From: an uncultured bacterium
Lineage (GTDB): Bacteria > Patescibacteriota > Minisyncoccia > Phycocordibacterales > GWA1-40-21
NCBI GenBank assembly: GCA_963716205.1
Contig: OY970290.1
Coordinates: 520,322-584,321 of the forward strand
Length of the DNA: 64,000 nucleotides
Reading direction: 5' to 3'
Part shown: piece by piece, positions 30,126 to 38,883 of the stretch
How positions within the stretch are numbered: position 1 is the stretch's first letter
How the letters are laid out: every line of letters starts with the position of its first letter
Position numbers and translations under genes: made by a program
The notes under the pieces: generated by a model
Told to the model about the DNA's origin: nothing
The model's database searches: none
The model's input: only the letters and a program-made list of their open reading frames with translations

Positions 30126-30884
30126 TTATTCCTTTAAATATTTTTCAAATCCGCTCGTGAATGTCGCAATGCCTTGTGCATCAATCATATATCCTTCCAA
30201 GCCGTCGATATTTTCGATAAAGCTGATCCCCTTTTTGCCCATGGCGAATGCCGGCGTGGCAAAACGATCCGCTTCGTAAATATTTGAACCAATGACCGTC
30301 AGGCTTACAATGTCGGTGATCGGCTTATTTTCGGCATCGTGCGGATTGTAAATATGCTGACCGCGCAGATACGTGCCTGATGTTGCAATACCTTCGCTGT
30401 GCGCGAGGTAGACGACTTTGACGATTTTCTGCTGCGTCTTATCAAACGGATCTTTGATGCCGACCGACCACGCTTTTCCTTTTTCATTTTTGCCGGCAAC
30501 TTGGATATCGCTTCCGGCATTGACGTAATAATTTTTGAAGCCCGCTTTTTTCAAAAGAAGTCCGGCATGATAAATCGCCCATCCTTTGACAAGCCCCGAC
30601 GTATCATATTTCCCGTCGGGTTTTTTGATATTGAAATATCCGTTCGTCAACCGCCGCAATTCCTCCGAAAGATAGAAAACTTCCTTCATCTCGGAACTAA
30701 ATTCTTTTTCCCTGACTTCGCCGGTATTGATGCGCGAAAGCTCGCTTGTTTTTTTATACGGACTGAACCTTTCATCAATGGATGTGAAATATGTAAAAAT
30801 TTTATTAAGATCAGACGAAGCCGCCAGTGGATCAATGACATCGATAGTAATTGGCATACCCATGATACTTCTGGTTTCTTTCAT
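30126..30884 (-). CDS. apbE: FAD:protein FMN transferase (ApbE family)
   Basis: ApbE blocks MGMPITIDVID..., GIATSGTYLRGQHIYNP. Sits between the reductase and the FMN-binding-domain gene. Confidence 0.85.
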   Translation of the reverse strand: MKETRSIMGMPITIDVIDPLAASSDLNKIFTYFTSIDERFSPYKKTSELSRINTGEVREKEFSSEMKEVFYLSEELRRLTNGYFNIKKPDGKYDTSGLVKGWAIYHAGLLLKKAGFKNYYVNAGSDIQVAGKNEKGKAWSVGIKDPFDKTQQKIVKVVYLAHSEGIATSGTYLRGQHIYNPHDAENKPITDIVSLTVIGSNIYEADRFATPAFAMGKKGISFIENIDGLEGYMIDAQGIATFTSGFEKYLKE

Positions 30885-30907
30885 AAAAATGATTGGAATA
30901 AAAGAAA

Positions 30908-31366
30908 TTAATTTTTTGCGAGAGCAAGAGCTGTCGCAAGAGATTGTTCAAATGCATTGCTTGTCTGCGTCGCACCGGAAACGATATTCACATCTGCACT
31001 CTGCGACTGTATCGTTTCGGATTTCAAAATCGGCATTGAAGAATTGCTGACATCAAGCGAATGTCCGTGATTGGGATATTGCAGAAATGCTATATTGGCA
31101 AGCGCACCATTTTGTATAACGGCTTGGACCTGAAGGTTTCCGTAATATGCGTTTGCAACAGAGCCGATATACGTGCCGTCTTTGTAGGCACCACCGTTTT
31201 GCGAAATATTTTCTGAACTTGTTGTTGCTTGAGTTGTTGTTTGAACTATCGGCTGATTTTTATTGCCTGAAACCGCGGCAATATTCGTCTGCCCGGTCAT
31301 ATTCTGATATATGATATAGCCGGCAACAGCAAGGATAAATATAGAAGATACTATGATTTTTTTCAT
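30908..31366 (-). CDS. Membrane-anchored FMN-binding domain protein (flavinylation target)
   Basis: N-terminal TM (MKKIIVSSIFILAVAGYIIY). FMN_bind domain with flavinylation motif SGAT in DVNIVSGATQTSNAF. Confidence 0.75.
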   Translation of the reverse strand: MKKIIVSSIFILAVAGYIIYQNMTGQTNIAAVSGNKNQPIVQTTTQATTSSENISQNGGAYKDGTYIGSVANAYYGNLQVQAVIQNGALANIAFLQYPNHGHSLDVSNSSMPILKSETIQSQSADVNIVSGATQTSNAFEQSLATALALAKN

Positions 31367-31520
31367 GGAATTAATTATATAATGACTGATAATAAAGGCA
31401 ATAAAGCTATTTTGTTTGTTTTTATACGTCTACTCTGTGAATAAGTTGCTTGTTTTTACATGGCTTATGATATAATTGTATGGTCGAATTTTATTTAACT
31501 TATTTTATTTTAATAATAAT

Positions 31521-31793
31521 ATGATGGACGGAAAAGACAATATGCATATGTGCGGATGCGGCGGATCATGCAATTGTGGATGCGGCATGGGACATAAGCA
31601 TCGCGGATATTGGATAGCAAAGAAAGTTTTTTGGTTGCTTGTTTTGATCGTAGTTTTCTGCTTTGGTATCCAGCTTGGGGAATTGAGAACATTGTCAAGA
31701 GAATTTTCTCAGCCTCGCATGATGGGAATGTATGGAAACATGAGTGGAAATATGATGTATAACCGAATGGGAACATCAACAATGAATCAGTAG
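31521..31793 (+). CDS. Small Cys- and Met-rich membrane protein (candidate metal/copper-binding)
   Basis: Start placed at ATG 31521. HMCGCGGSCNCGCGMGHKH cluster, one TM helix, Met-rich tail MMGMYGNMSGNMMYNRM. Confidence 0.45.
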   Translation: MMDGKDNMHMCGCGGSCNCGCGMGHKHRGYWIAKKVFWLLVLIVVFCFGIQLGELRTLSREFSQPRMMGMYGNMSGNMMYNRMGTSTMNQ

Positions 31794-31801
31794 GACAAAT
31801 C

Positions 31802-31832
31802 AAAAGAGCGGCGCCGAAGGCGCCGCTCTTTT
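31802..31832. terminator. Bidirectional hairpin terminator (copy 2 of the three-copy family)
   Basis: AAAAGAGCGGCGCC-GAAG-GGCGCCGCTCTTTT, between convergent genes ending at 31793 and 31846. Confidence 0.8.
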
Positions 31833-31845
31833 GATTTTGCGTTTT

Positions 31846-32235
31846 TTATTTTTTGTCCAAATCCAAACATACCGAATTCATGCAATACCGTTTCCCCGTT
31901 TTTGTCGGACCGTCATCAAATACATGGCCGAGATGCGATCCACATTTCGCGCAGACTACTTCTGTGCGATGCATTCCATCGCTGTCATCGTCTTTCAATT
32001 CCACTGCACCGGGCAAAGCTTGGTCAAATGAGGGCCAGCCCGTGCCGGAGTCAAACTTCGCATCGGATGAAAAAAGTGGATTGCCGCAGACCATGCAATT
32101 GTATGTGCCTTGTGCTTTTTCATACACATACGTGCCGGAAAATGGCTTCTCCGTCCCTTTTTGCCGCAGGACTTCATATTGCTCCGGCGTCAGCTTCTTT
32201 TTCAATTCTTCTTCATTTACTTGTATTTTATTCAT
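31846..32235 (-). CDS. msrB: Peptide methionine-(R)-sulfoxide reductase MsrB
   Basis: Two CxxC zinc sites and catalytic [28 protein letters not shown] motif. Confidence 0.9.
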   Translation of the reverse strand: MNKIQVNEEELKKKLTPEQYEVLRQKGTEKPFSGTYVYEKAQGTYNCMVCGNPLFSSDAKFDSGTGWPSFDQALPGAVELKDDDSDGMHRTEVVCAKCGSHLGHVFDDGPTKTGKRYCMNSVCLDLDKK

Positions 32236-32245
32236 AAAAATTTTA

Positions 32246-32785
32246 TTAAATTGTTTTTAAAAATTCCGCGTATTTTTTCTGCACTTTTTCGAGCTTCGGA
32301 TTGATGACGAGCAGGCAGTAGGAATTGTTCGGATGATTGGCAAAATAATCTTTGTGGTAATTTTCCGCCGGATAAAATGTTTCGAGCGGCACGACCTCGG
32401 TCACCACCTTCGCCCCAGCTTTGTTTGAATTATTTATATCTTTGATGAAATCTTCTGCTTCTTTTTTCTGTAATTCCGTCGTATAAAAAACCACTGAGCG
32501 ATATTGCGTCCCTACGTCATTTCCCTGCCTATTGAGCGTCGTCGGATCATGGCTTGCAAAAAATATCGTCAGAAGCGTTTCGTATTTCACGAGCGCAGGA
32601 TCGTATTCCACTTTCACCACTTCGGCATGTCCGGTATCACCCATACTCACTTCCTCATACGTCGGATTCAATGTCCTCCCACCAGCATATCCCGGCAAAA
32701 CGGAAGAAACGCCTTTCATCATTTTGAAGACGGCCTCCGTGCACCAAAAGCATCCCCCTCCGAATACCGTTGTTTCTGTTTTCAT
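32246..32785 (-). CDS. msrA: Peptide methionine-(S)-sulfoxide reductase MsrA
   Basis: [11 protein letters not shown] active-site motif. Confidence 0.9.
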   Translation of the reverse strand: MKTETTVFGGGCFWCTEAVFKMMKGVSSVLPGYAGGRTLNPTYEEVSMGDTGHAEVVKVEYDPALVKYETLLTIFFASHDPTTLNRQGNDVGTQYRSVVFYTTELQKKEAEDFIKDINNSNKAGAKVVTEVVPLETFYPAENYHKDYFANHPNNSYCLLVINPKLEKVQKKYAEFLKTI

Positions 32786-32803
32786 ATTTTTATTATATCA
32801 AAA

Positions 32804-34585
32804 TTATCCAAACGTAAACGTGTACGCATCAAGTCCGCTTCCTTCCACTTCAATTTTAACGGTGTGCGTGCCGTAAGAATCCGACTGCAAAAGTTTGTAG
32901 AGCTTGTCGCCTTGTATCGTCGCCGTGCCATCGGGTGAAACATCCGCTCCTGCCATTGCACCCGGAGCTTTGCCGTCAACAGTGATTTTTATTTGCGTGC
33001 CAGCTGGATTTTCCGATGCCGCCACAAAATACAGATTTTTTGCGGAATATTGATATTCAATCTCGCTTCCCGTCGCCGCTTGCGCGTATTGGGGAGTGAA
33101 ATTCCAATTGCCACCAAGATACAATTGATTCATTGCGATTAAACTCGGAATTACCAGACTCTGCATTCCATTGACGCTTTGATTTCCATTCGAGAGATAT
33201 TCATTTCTGTTTGAGCCGAAATATGTTTCAGGGCTCGCGACCGCGGAATAATTTATCGAGACTGCGTCCGACGGATTGACAATGCCGGCGGAAATTGGAG
33301 TCGATGTGCCGAGCACCGTATCAAGCTGTCCGAGTGCTTTTTGTATCGCCTCTTCCGTCACGTCGTAGTCGCCCTCGCCCGGATGATTGTAGACAATGTA
33401 ACCCTCAGCATCGATCAAGTATGTATTCGGCCAATATTCATTACCGAAAGCGTTCCATGTGCCGTAATCATTATCCATGACGACTGGATACGTGATGGCA
33501 TCCGTTGCGACTGCTTGCTCGACATTCGATTGCACTTTTTCAAACGAGAATTCCGGAGTGTGAATGCCGATAATCTCCAATCCCTCGGATGCATATTTGG
33601 CATTCCATGCTTTGATATACGGCGTGGCGCGCTCGCAATTGATACAGCTGTATGTCCAAAAATATACGAGTACTATTTTTTTATTTTTGAATTGTCCGAT
33701 GGTAATCGGCGAGCCGTTGGTATTGATGAATGCAGACGGATCTGTAATTTCTGGCGCCTTTTGATAATGCGCTTCATCGTATGCAAGCAATTTCGCGGCA
33801 TTTTCCGCGGAGCTCGTGGCATTGAGTGTGACAGTGCTCGTGGCGATTGTATTTGATGATTGTGAATTTTCTAAAAGATTTTGCTCTATCTTTGTCACAT
33901 CAAAATATCCGGAATTGGTGATTGCCGATTCGATTTGCGTATCAAGCCCGAACATAATCAGTATGCCAAGCGCAACAAAAATTACGCCGATCGTTTTCTT
34001 CAGCCAGCCGTTCGGGTCCGAAGCAATATTAAATTTTGCCAAAAGCTTTTGTCCGGCGACCGATATCAAAAGCAAGGTGCCGCAAAGCCCGATCGTGTAG
34101 ACAAGCAAATACAAAATTCCCACAACGATGCTTCTCGGCAAAACGGTGGCAAGAATAAGGAAATATGTCGGTGAACAGCTCGAAAATACCGGACCAAGCG
34201 CCACACCGATCAAAACATCACCGATGAAATTTTGTTTTTGATAGCCAACGGTGATTAATTTATTCGAATCGCGGTTGATCATGGAGAGAAATGGAATTTT
34301 GTCGAGCAGCTTCGGAAAGACCATGGTCAATCCAAGACCGAAAATAATCACGCCCGAAAGTATTTGCCAGAATGACTGCGGGACATTAATGAACACCGTG
34401 CTAACTTTCAGAATAAGCGTAAAAAGAATGACCGACACGCCGAGCGATGTAGTGACGACAAATGCGCGGCGCATGTTGCGCTCCCCGCTCAATGTCCCGC
34501 CGACAATCACAGGCAGTAGCGCCAAAGTGCACGGCGCAAGGACAGTCAGTATTCCGGCGATCAATGATAATGCCAAAAGTATCAT
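32804..34585 (-). CDS. CcdA/DsbD-type transmembrane domain fused to an extracytoplasmic thioredoxin (redoxin/TlpA-like) domain, plus a C-terminal beta-rich domain
   Basis: N-terminal DsbD-family TM domain (LAPCTLALLPVIVG). Redoxin domain with WTYSCINCERATPYI. 593 aa. Confidence 0.8.
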   Translation of the reverse strand: MILLALSLIAGILTVLAPCTLALLPVIVGGTLSGERNMRRAFVVTTSLGVSVILFTLILKVSTVFINVPQSFWQILSGVIIFGLGLTMVFPKLLDKIPFLSMINRDSNKLITVGYQKQNFIGDVLIGVALGPVFSSCSPTYFLILATVLPRSIVVGILYLLVYTIGLCGTLLLISVAGQKLLAKFNIASDPNGWLKKTIGVIFVALGILIMFGLDTQIESAITNSGYFDVTKIEQNLLENSQSSNTIATSTVTLNATSSAENAAKLLAYDEAHYQKAPEITDPSAFINTNGSPITIGQFKNKKIVLVYFWTYSCINCERATPYIKAWNAKYASEGLEIIGIHTPEFSFEKVQSNVEQAVATDAITYPVVMDNDYGTWNAFGNEYWPNTYLIDAEGYIVYNHPGEGDYDVTEEAIQKALGQLDTVLGTSTPISAGIVNPSDAVSINYSAVASPETYFGSNRNEYLSNGNQSVNGMQSLVIPSLIAMNQLYLGGNWNFTPQYAQAATGSEIEYQYSAKNLYFVAASENPAGTQIKITVDGKAPGAMAGADVSPDGTATIQGDKLYKLLQSDSYGTHTVKIEVEGSGLDAYTFTFG

Positions 34586-34630
34586 GGGATAATTTTAACA
34601 TATATACAAAATATGCAACATTTGCACTTT

Positions 34631-36112
34631 TTATTCTATGTGCACTTTCACATTGGTATTTTCATGCTTCAATTTCATGAAAAGAATGGTGAATGAACCG
34701 AGAAAAACGATGATTGCTGACACAAGGAAAACATACGAATACGCATCCACCTGCGCTTTGAGCTCGATGAGTGCGATATATTTTTGAATATCCAGCGGAT
34801 TGAAACTGCGCAAAAAACTGAAACTGTTGATGGAAAGGATATTATGATTAACTCGATCCGTAAGAATCGTGCCGAAGACTGCGATGCCAAATGCTCCGGC
34901 AATATTCCTGCCGAGCGCGAGAATCGATGATGCCACGCCGATCTCTTCCTGCTTGACGATTGAAGCAATGACATTTGTTCTCTGCGCCATACCGAAACCC
35001 ATGCCAAATGCCATGATTGCAAGCGGATAGATCAAATCGAATGCACTCGATCTCGGATCAATAAATGAAAATAAATAAATGCCGAGTGCCGCCACGACCG
35101 TGCTGCCAAAAATCACGTATTTCGCTTTTACTTTGCCGATAAGCGCTCCTCCAATCGGCGCGGCAAGCATCATGGCTGCTGCCATGGGAATAAAAAGATA
35201 ACCAGATTGCGTCGCCGTGTAGCCGAGAAATGTCTGGGCAAAAACCGGCACGAGAAAAAGCGATCCCATCATACCCATAAAGACAATGAAATTGTTGCCA
35301 AGCGTGTTGACGAACGCCGGCATCTTGAAAAAATCGAGATCGACAATCGGCTCTTTTGCTTTTCTTTCTATTACAAGAAATATTTTGGTAAATGCGATAC
35401 ATGCGATATAGCAGATGATGCTTGAAAATGAGAACCATCCCCATGTCGGCCCCTGATCAAGCACGAGCACGAGTGCCGAGAGCGCGATACCAAGCGTAAT
35501 CGAACCCCACCAGTCGAATGACACCGTCTTTTTTTCCGATTTTGATTCATGGACAAACCGCAGTGCCATGAAAAGTCCCAGCAATCCGACGGGAAGATTG
35601 ACGAGAAAAACTGATCGCCATCCAAAGCTATCGATGAGCGGTCCGCCGATGAGCGGTCCGAATACCGCCGCCGCGGCAAATGATGACGACCAAATGCCGA
35701 GTGCCTGCGCACGCTCCTTGCCTTGCGTAAATGTCACCGCGATGATGGCCATGGCAGTAGGATAATCCGCCGATCCTGCGATCGCCTGGATGACGCGAAA
35801 GACGATGAGCGATGAAAGATTCCATGAAAGTCCGGCAAGAACCGATCCAAAAATAAAAATACTGAAACCAAGAATATAGATCTTTTTTCTGCCGAGCGTG
35901 TCGCCAAGCTTGCCCCAGATCGGCACAAAGATTGCATTCGCCAAAATATACGCAGTGGCAATCCATCCCGCAGCGGTGACTGTAATACCAAAATCGCTGA
36001 TGACTTTCGGAATGGCGAGATTGACAATTGTCTGATCCAGCCTGCCGAGAAATGTTCCGATGATGACCGTCAGAAGAACCCACCATTTGAGATTGGATTC
36101 TTTTTCTTCCAT
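34631..36112 (-). CDS. MFS drug:H+ antiporter, DHA2 (EmrB/QacA) family, 14 TMS
   Basis: 493 aa, 14 predicted TM helices, conserved motif A (GKLGDTLGRKKIY). Confidence 0.8.
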   Translation of the reverse strand: MEEKESNLKWWVLLTVIIGTFLGRLDQTIVNLAIPKVISDFGITVTAAGWIATAYILANAIFVPIWGKLGDTLGRKKIYILGFSIFIFGSVLAGLSWNLSSLIVFRVIQAIAGSADYPTAMAIIAVTFTQGKERAQALGIWSSSFAAAAVFGPLIGGPLIDSFGWRSVFLVNLPVGLLGLFMALRFVHESKSEKKTVSFDWWGSITLGIALSALVLVLDQGPTWGWFSFSSIICYIACIAFTKIFLVIERKAKEPIVDLDFFKMPAFVNTLGNNFIVFMGMMGSLFLVPVFAQTFLGYTATQSGYLFIPMAAAMMLAAPIGGALIGKVKAKYVIFGSTVVAALGIYLFSFIDPRSSAFDLIYPLAIMAFGMGFGMAQRTNVIASIVKQEEIGVASSILALGRNIAGAFGIAVFGTILTDRVNHNILSINSFSFLRSFNPLDIQKYIALIELKAQVDAYSYVFLVSAIIVFLGSFTILFMKLKHENTNVKVHIE

Positions 36113-36113
36113 A

Positions 36114-36764
36114 TTAATTATTGGTGTAGACAGTTATTTTTGCCGACATGCCGCTCTTCAATTCCGAATACTTGCTATCATCAAATGAAACTTTGATGTC
36201 AAATTTATTTACCGGGCGCTCATCGGAAATGGAAAATACCACGCCGGTATCTTCGGAAACCGGACTGATCTCGGCAACGACGCCTTCGTATGTTTTTCCC
36301 GGATAGGTATCGACGGTAAATGTTGCGCGGTCGCCGACAGAAATATTTTTCAATCCTTTTGTCTCATCAACCGAACCGATGACCGTCATATCGCTGTTAT
36401 CAACGACTGAAATGACCGTTTGACCGGGTTCATAATATGAGCCGAGCACTTCCGGAGTGCTTGCAATAATGCCGCCATCTTTTGCATAAAGAATTTCCGA
36501 TCCGACGAGTGCAATCTGGCTATTGGGAGCGACAGTATCTCCTTCTTTAACATACAGCGCATTGAGCATGCCCGGAGTTGTCGGCGAAATATCTGCAACT
36601 GGAGCGGAAAGATATGAATTTTCAATAAAAACGGTATCGCGAACCGAGAGCCAATATAAAAATACAAACAGCAGCCCAAAAATAATTACGATTGCAAAAA
36701 CGCTCTGCACCCACGGCGTTTTCAAATGATTCTTTCCTTGTTTTGGTTGTGTTGTTGGTTCCAT
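36114..36764 (-). CDS. Short HlyD/biotin-lipoyl-like membrane-fusion-type protein
   Basis: N-terminal TM. Biotin-lipoyl-like hairpin YVKEGDTVAPNSQIALV, beta-barrel C-terminus. 216 aa. Confidence 0.5.
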   Translation of the reverse strand: MEPTTQPKQGKNHLKTPWVQSVFAIVIIFGLLFVFLYWLSVRDTVFIENSYLSAPVADISPTTPGMLNALYVKEGDTVAPNSQIALVGSEILYAKDGGIIASTPEVLGSYYEPGQTVISVVDNSDMTVIGSVDETKGLKNISVGDRATFTVDTYPGKTYEGVVAEISPVSEDTGVVFSISDERPVNKFDIKVSFDDSKYSELKSGMSAKITVYTNN

Positions 36765-36772
36765 ATGTTTGT

Positions 36773-38077
36773 TTAGTGAATGACGACTTCATCGCCAGCT
36801 GATAATCCGGAAAGAATTTCTGTGTTCGTCGCGTCTGATGCACCGGTCGTAATGACTTTCTGCACTGTGCCGTTTCCTGATTTGACGAGCACATACAATG
36901 TACCGGCATTGTCGATGATCGCGCTGTTTGGAATCATCATTGCGACATTTTTAGAAATGGTTTGCCCAGCGAGATCAATTGCGGGTGCATTCGCAGAAGC
37001 AATTTGTCCAACGGTTATATATACCGCGGTCACGACCCCATCGCCCGGGGCGGCAATAATGCGATTATCGTAAGCTGATTGTGCGATTTGCACTGCGCCT
37101 TGCGCACTTGCCATCTGCGCTTGCGCTGCCGCAATATCCTCCGGTCTCGCTTGTGCGGTTGTAAGTGTCAAACCAGCCTGGCTTTGTGCAACTCCTACTT
37201 CGGCGCTTGAAACTGCCTGCGTTGCGCCAGTAAGTGCTGCGATCTGTCCGGTAATAACACCCTGTGCGGAAATAATATTGCCCTCCGCCGTGCTTTGTAC
37301 AGCCGCATTTCCCGAAACATACGTGGTAAAAAGAGAATTCAGATCAGAAAGATATGTTGAGATGGAATGCAAATTATTTTGTGCATCGTTTGCAAGCGTT
37401 GTCAGATCGCTTGCAGTATTGGTTCCGACAAGTTCGGATTGCCAGCCTGAAAGCATGAGATTGACCGATGCGCGTTCATTTTGGATCTGGTATTCTAAGC
37501 TTTGATTGCTGAAATTCACGCCGGATGTGTTGAGCATCGGAGTGTTTGCATCGGCATTGCTGAAAAAGATGTCGGTGTCGTTGCGCACTGCGTTCGTCCC
37601 GGCTGTCAATGAATCATTTAATGTCTGGATCAGAGTTTCTTCGCTGTGCGCGAGTGCTGTCTGCGCCGCATCAAGCGATGAACTGCTGACCGCAATATCC
37701 GCCGCCGTGGCGCCATTTTCCAATTTATTATAATTAGCAAGTGCAGAAGCGTACGCGGCTTTCGCTTGAGTCAAAGCGCCGAGCGAATTTTCTTGGTCAA
37801 GCGTTGCAAGCACTTCACCGTCTTTCACCATGTCGCCGACTTTGACGAAAACGCCGTCGATCTGACCGGAACCTTGGAAACTCAATGTCAGATTTTGTGC
37901 TGAGGCGCCAGTCGTCGTACCGAGACTCCAAACGTTCTGGATTATTCCCGCTTGCGCTTTTGCAAACTGATACGTCGGCGGGCGAGTGATGATGATTGCG
38001 CCGACAATTCCAATGATAATTGCAACGATGACTGAAATCGCCGCGACATGCTTTGGTTTGTGAATGATGTGAGTCAT
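36773..38077 (-). CDS. HlyD-family efflux adaptor (membrane fusion protein)
   Basis: N-terminal TM. Lipoyl-like VKVGDMVKDGEVLATLDQ, a long Ala/Gln-rich coiled coil, C-terminal MP domain ...LYVLVKSGNGTVQKVITTG. Confidence 0.7.
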   Translation of the reverse strand: MTHIIHKPKHVAAISVIVAIIIGIVGAIIITRPPTYQFAKAQAGIIQNVWSLGTTTGASAQNLTLSFQGSGQIDGVFVKVGDMVKDGEVLATLDQENSLGALTQAKAAYASALANYNKLENGATAADIAVSSSSLDAAQTALAHSEETLIQTLNDSLTAGTNAVRNDTDIFFSNADANTPMLNTSGVNFSNQSLEYQIQNERASVNLMLSGWQSELVGTNTASDLTTLANDAQNNLHSISTYLSDLNSLFTTYVSGNAAVQSTAEGNIISAQGVITGQIAALTGATQAVSSAEVGVAQSQAGLTLTTAQARPEDIAAAQAQMASAQGAVQIAQSAYDNRIIAAPGDGVVTAVYITVGQIASANAPAIDLAGQTISKNVAMMIPNSAIIDNAGTLYVLVKSGNGTVQKVITTGASDATNTEILSGLSAGDEVVIH

Positions 38078-38094
38078 ATATTCTTAGGTTCGTC

Positions 38095-38523
38095 TTGAGT
38101 ATATTGAATGAAGCAAAAAAGTCAATTGGAAAAATCCGCCGTTTCAGATATACTTACCTTATGGATTTGCAACAAAATATTCTTATCTGTTCTGTCTGCC
38201 ACCAGCCGTTATTGCCGAGTTATTATTTCTGTCCGAATTGCGGGACAAAAATAAACCAAGCTCCCCTTTCCACGTCAGTGGCGACACAGATCGGTATCTA
38301 TGCGTTCAGTATTGCCCTGCCGTGGATTCTCTATATCATGATTTCAAAATGGCCGGCGCTGAAATACGCAAAATCAAAAGATCCCAAAACTCGGCAGATC
38401 GGCATTATTGCCATTGCACTTCTGGTACTCTCGACGATTCTCACTATTTATCTCGCCTATGTCTGGACGCAAAGTGCAATCCAATCATCCGTGAACAGCA
38501 TCAATACTGACTTGAGTTTTTAG
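38095..38523 (+). CDS. Zinc-ribbon membrane protein
   Basis: CSVCHQ...CPNCGTKI zinc ribbon followed by two TM helices. An alternative start exists at ATG 38161. Confidence 0.45.
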   Translation: MSILNEAKKSIGKIRRFRYTYLMDLQQNILICSVCHQPLLPSYYFCPNCGTKINQAPLSTSVATQIGIYAFSIALPWILYIMISKWPALKYAKSKDPKTRQIGIIAIALLVLSTILTIYLAYVWTQSAIQSSVNSINTDLSF

Positions 38524-38531
38524 AATTATTT

Positions 38532-38684
38532 TTAGTGAATCAAAATGTAATTCACGAGCTTCGACACCCAAAGATTTTGCGTGCATAAAAGAATGATGCC
38601 GATAATAATAAGTACCAAAAGAAAGATTCGAATCACCCGAATAAGCGGGCTCGGATGATCATTGTTTCTCCAATTGAATGACAT
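38532..38684 (-). CDS. Small hypothetical membrane peptide (50 aa), not in the ORF track
   Basis: Hand-translated: MSFNWRNNDHPSPLIRVIRIFLLVLIIIGIILLCTQNLWVSKLVNYILIH. Lies in a 360-bp gap with no other annotation. Weak RBS. Confidence 0.25.
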   Translation of the reverse strand: MSFNWRNNDHPSPLIRVIRIFLLVLIIIGIILLCTQNLWVSKLVNYILIH

Positions 38685-38695
38685 GGGAATAAAAT

Positions 38696-38821
38696 TTATC
38701 TTCTTTTCTTCAGAAAATTCTGTCTGGTCTTTTTCGCTTCACGAAGCTTGTCGAGTTTTGACTTTTCTTCCCGGACTTTTTCTATCGTTCGTATTTTTTT
38801 GAATGCGTCTTGTCTTCTCAT
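38696..38821 (-). CDS. Small highly basic peptide (41 aa), not in the ORF track
   Basis: Hand-translated: MRRQDAFKKIRTIEKVREEKSKLDKLREAKKTRQNFLKKRR. Its stop is 12 nt before the start of the 50-aa ORF. Weak RBS. Confidence 0.25.
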   Translation of the reverse strand: MRRQDAFKKIRTIEKVREEKSKLDKLREAKKTRQNFLKKRR

Positions 38822-38883
38822 AAGTATAGTATATCTTCTTTCTTCAGATTTTGCCAAGGATAAGAAATTGATATAATACGATT

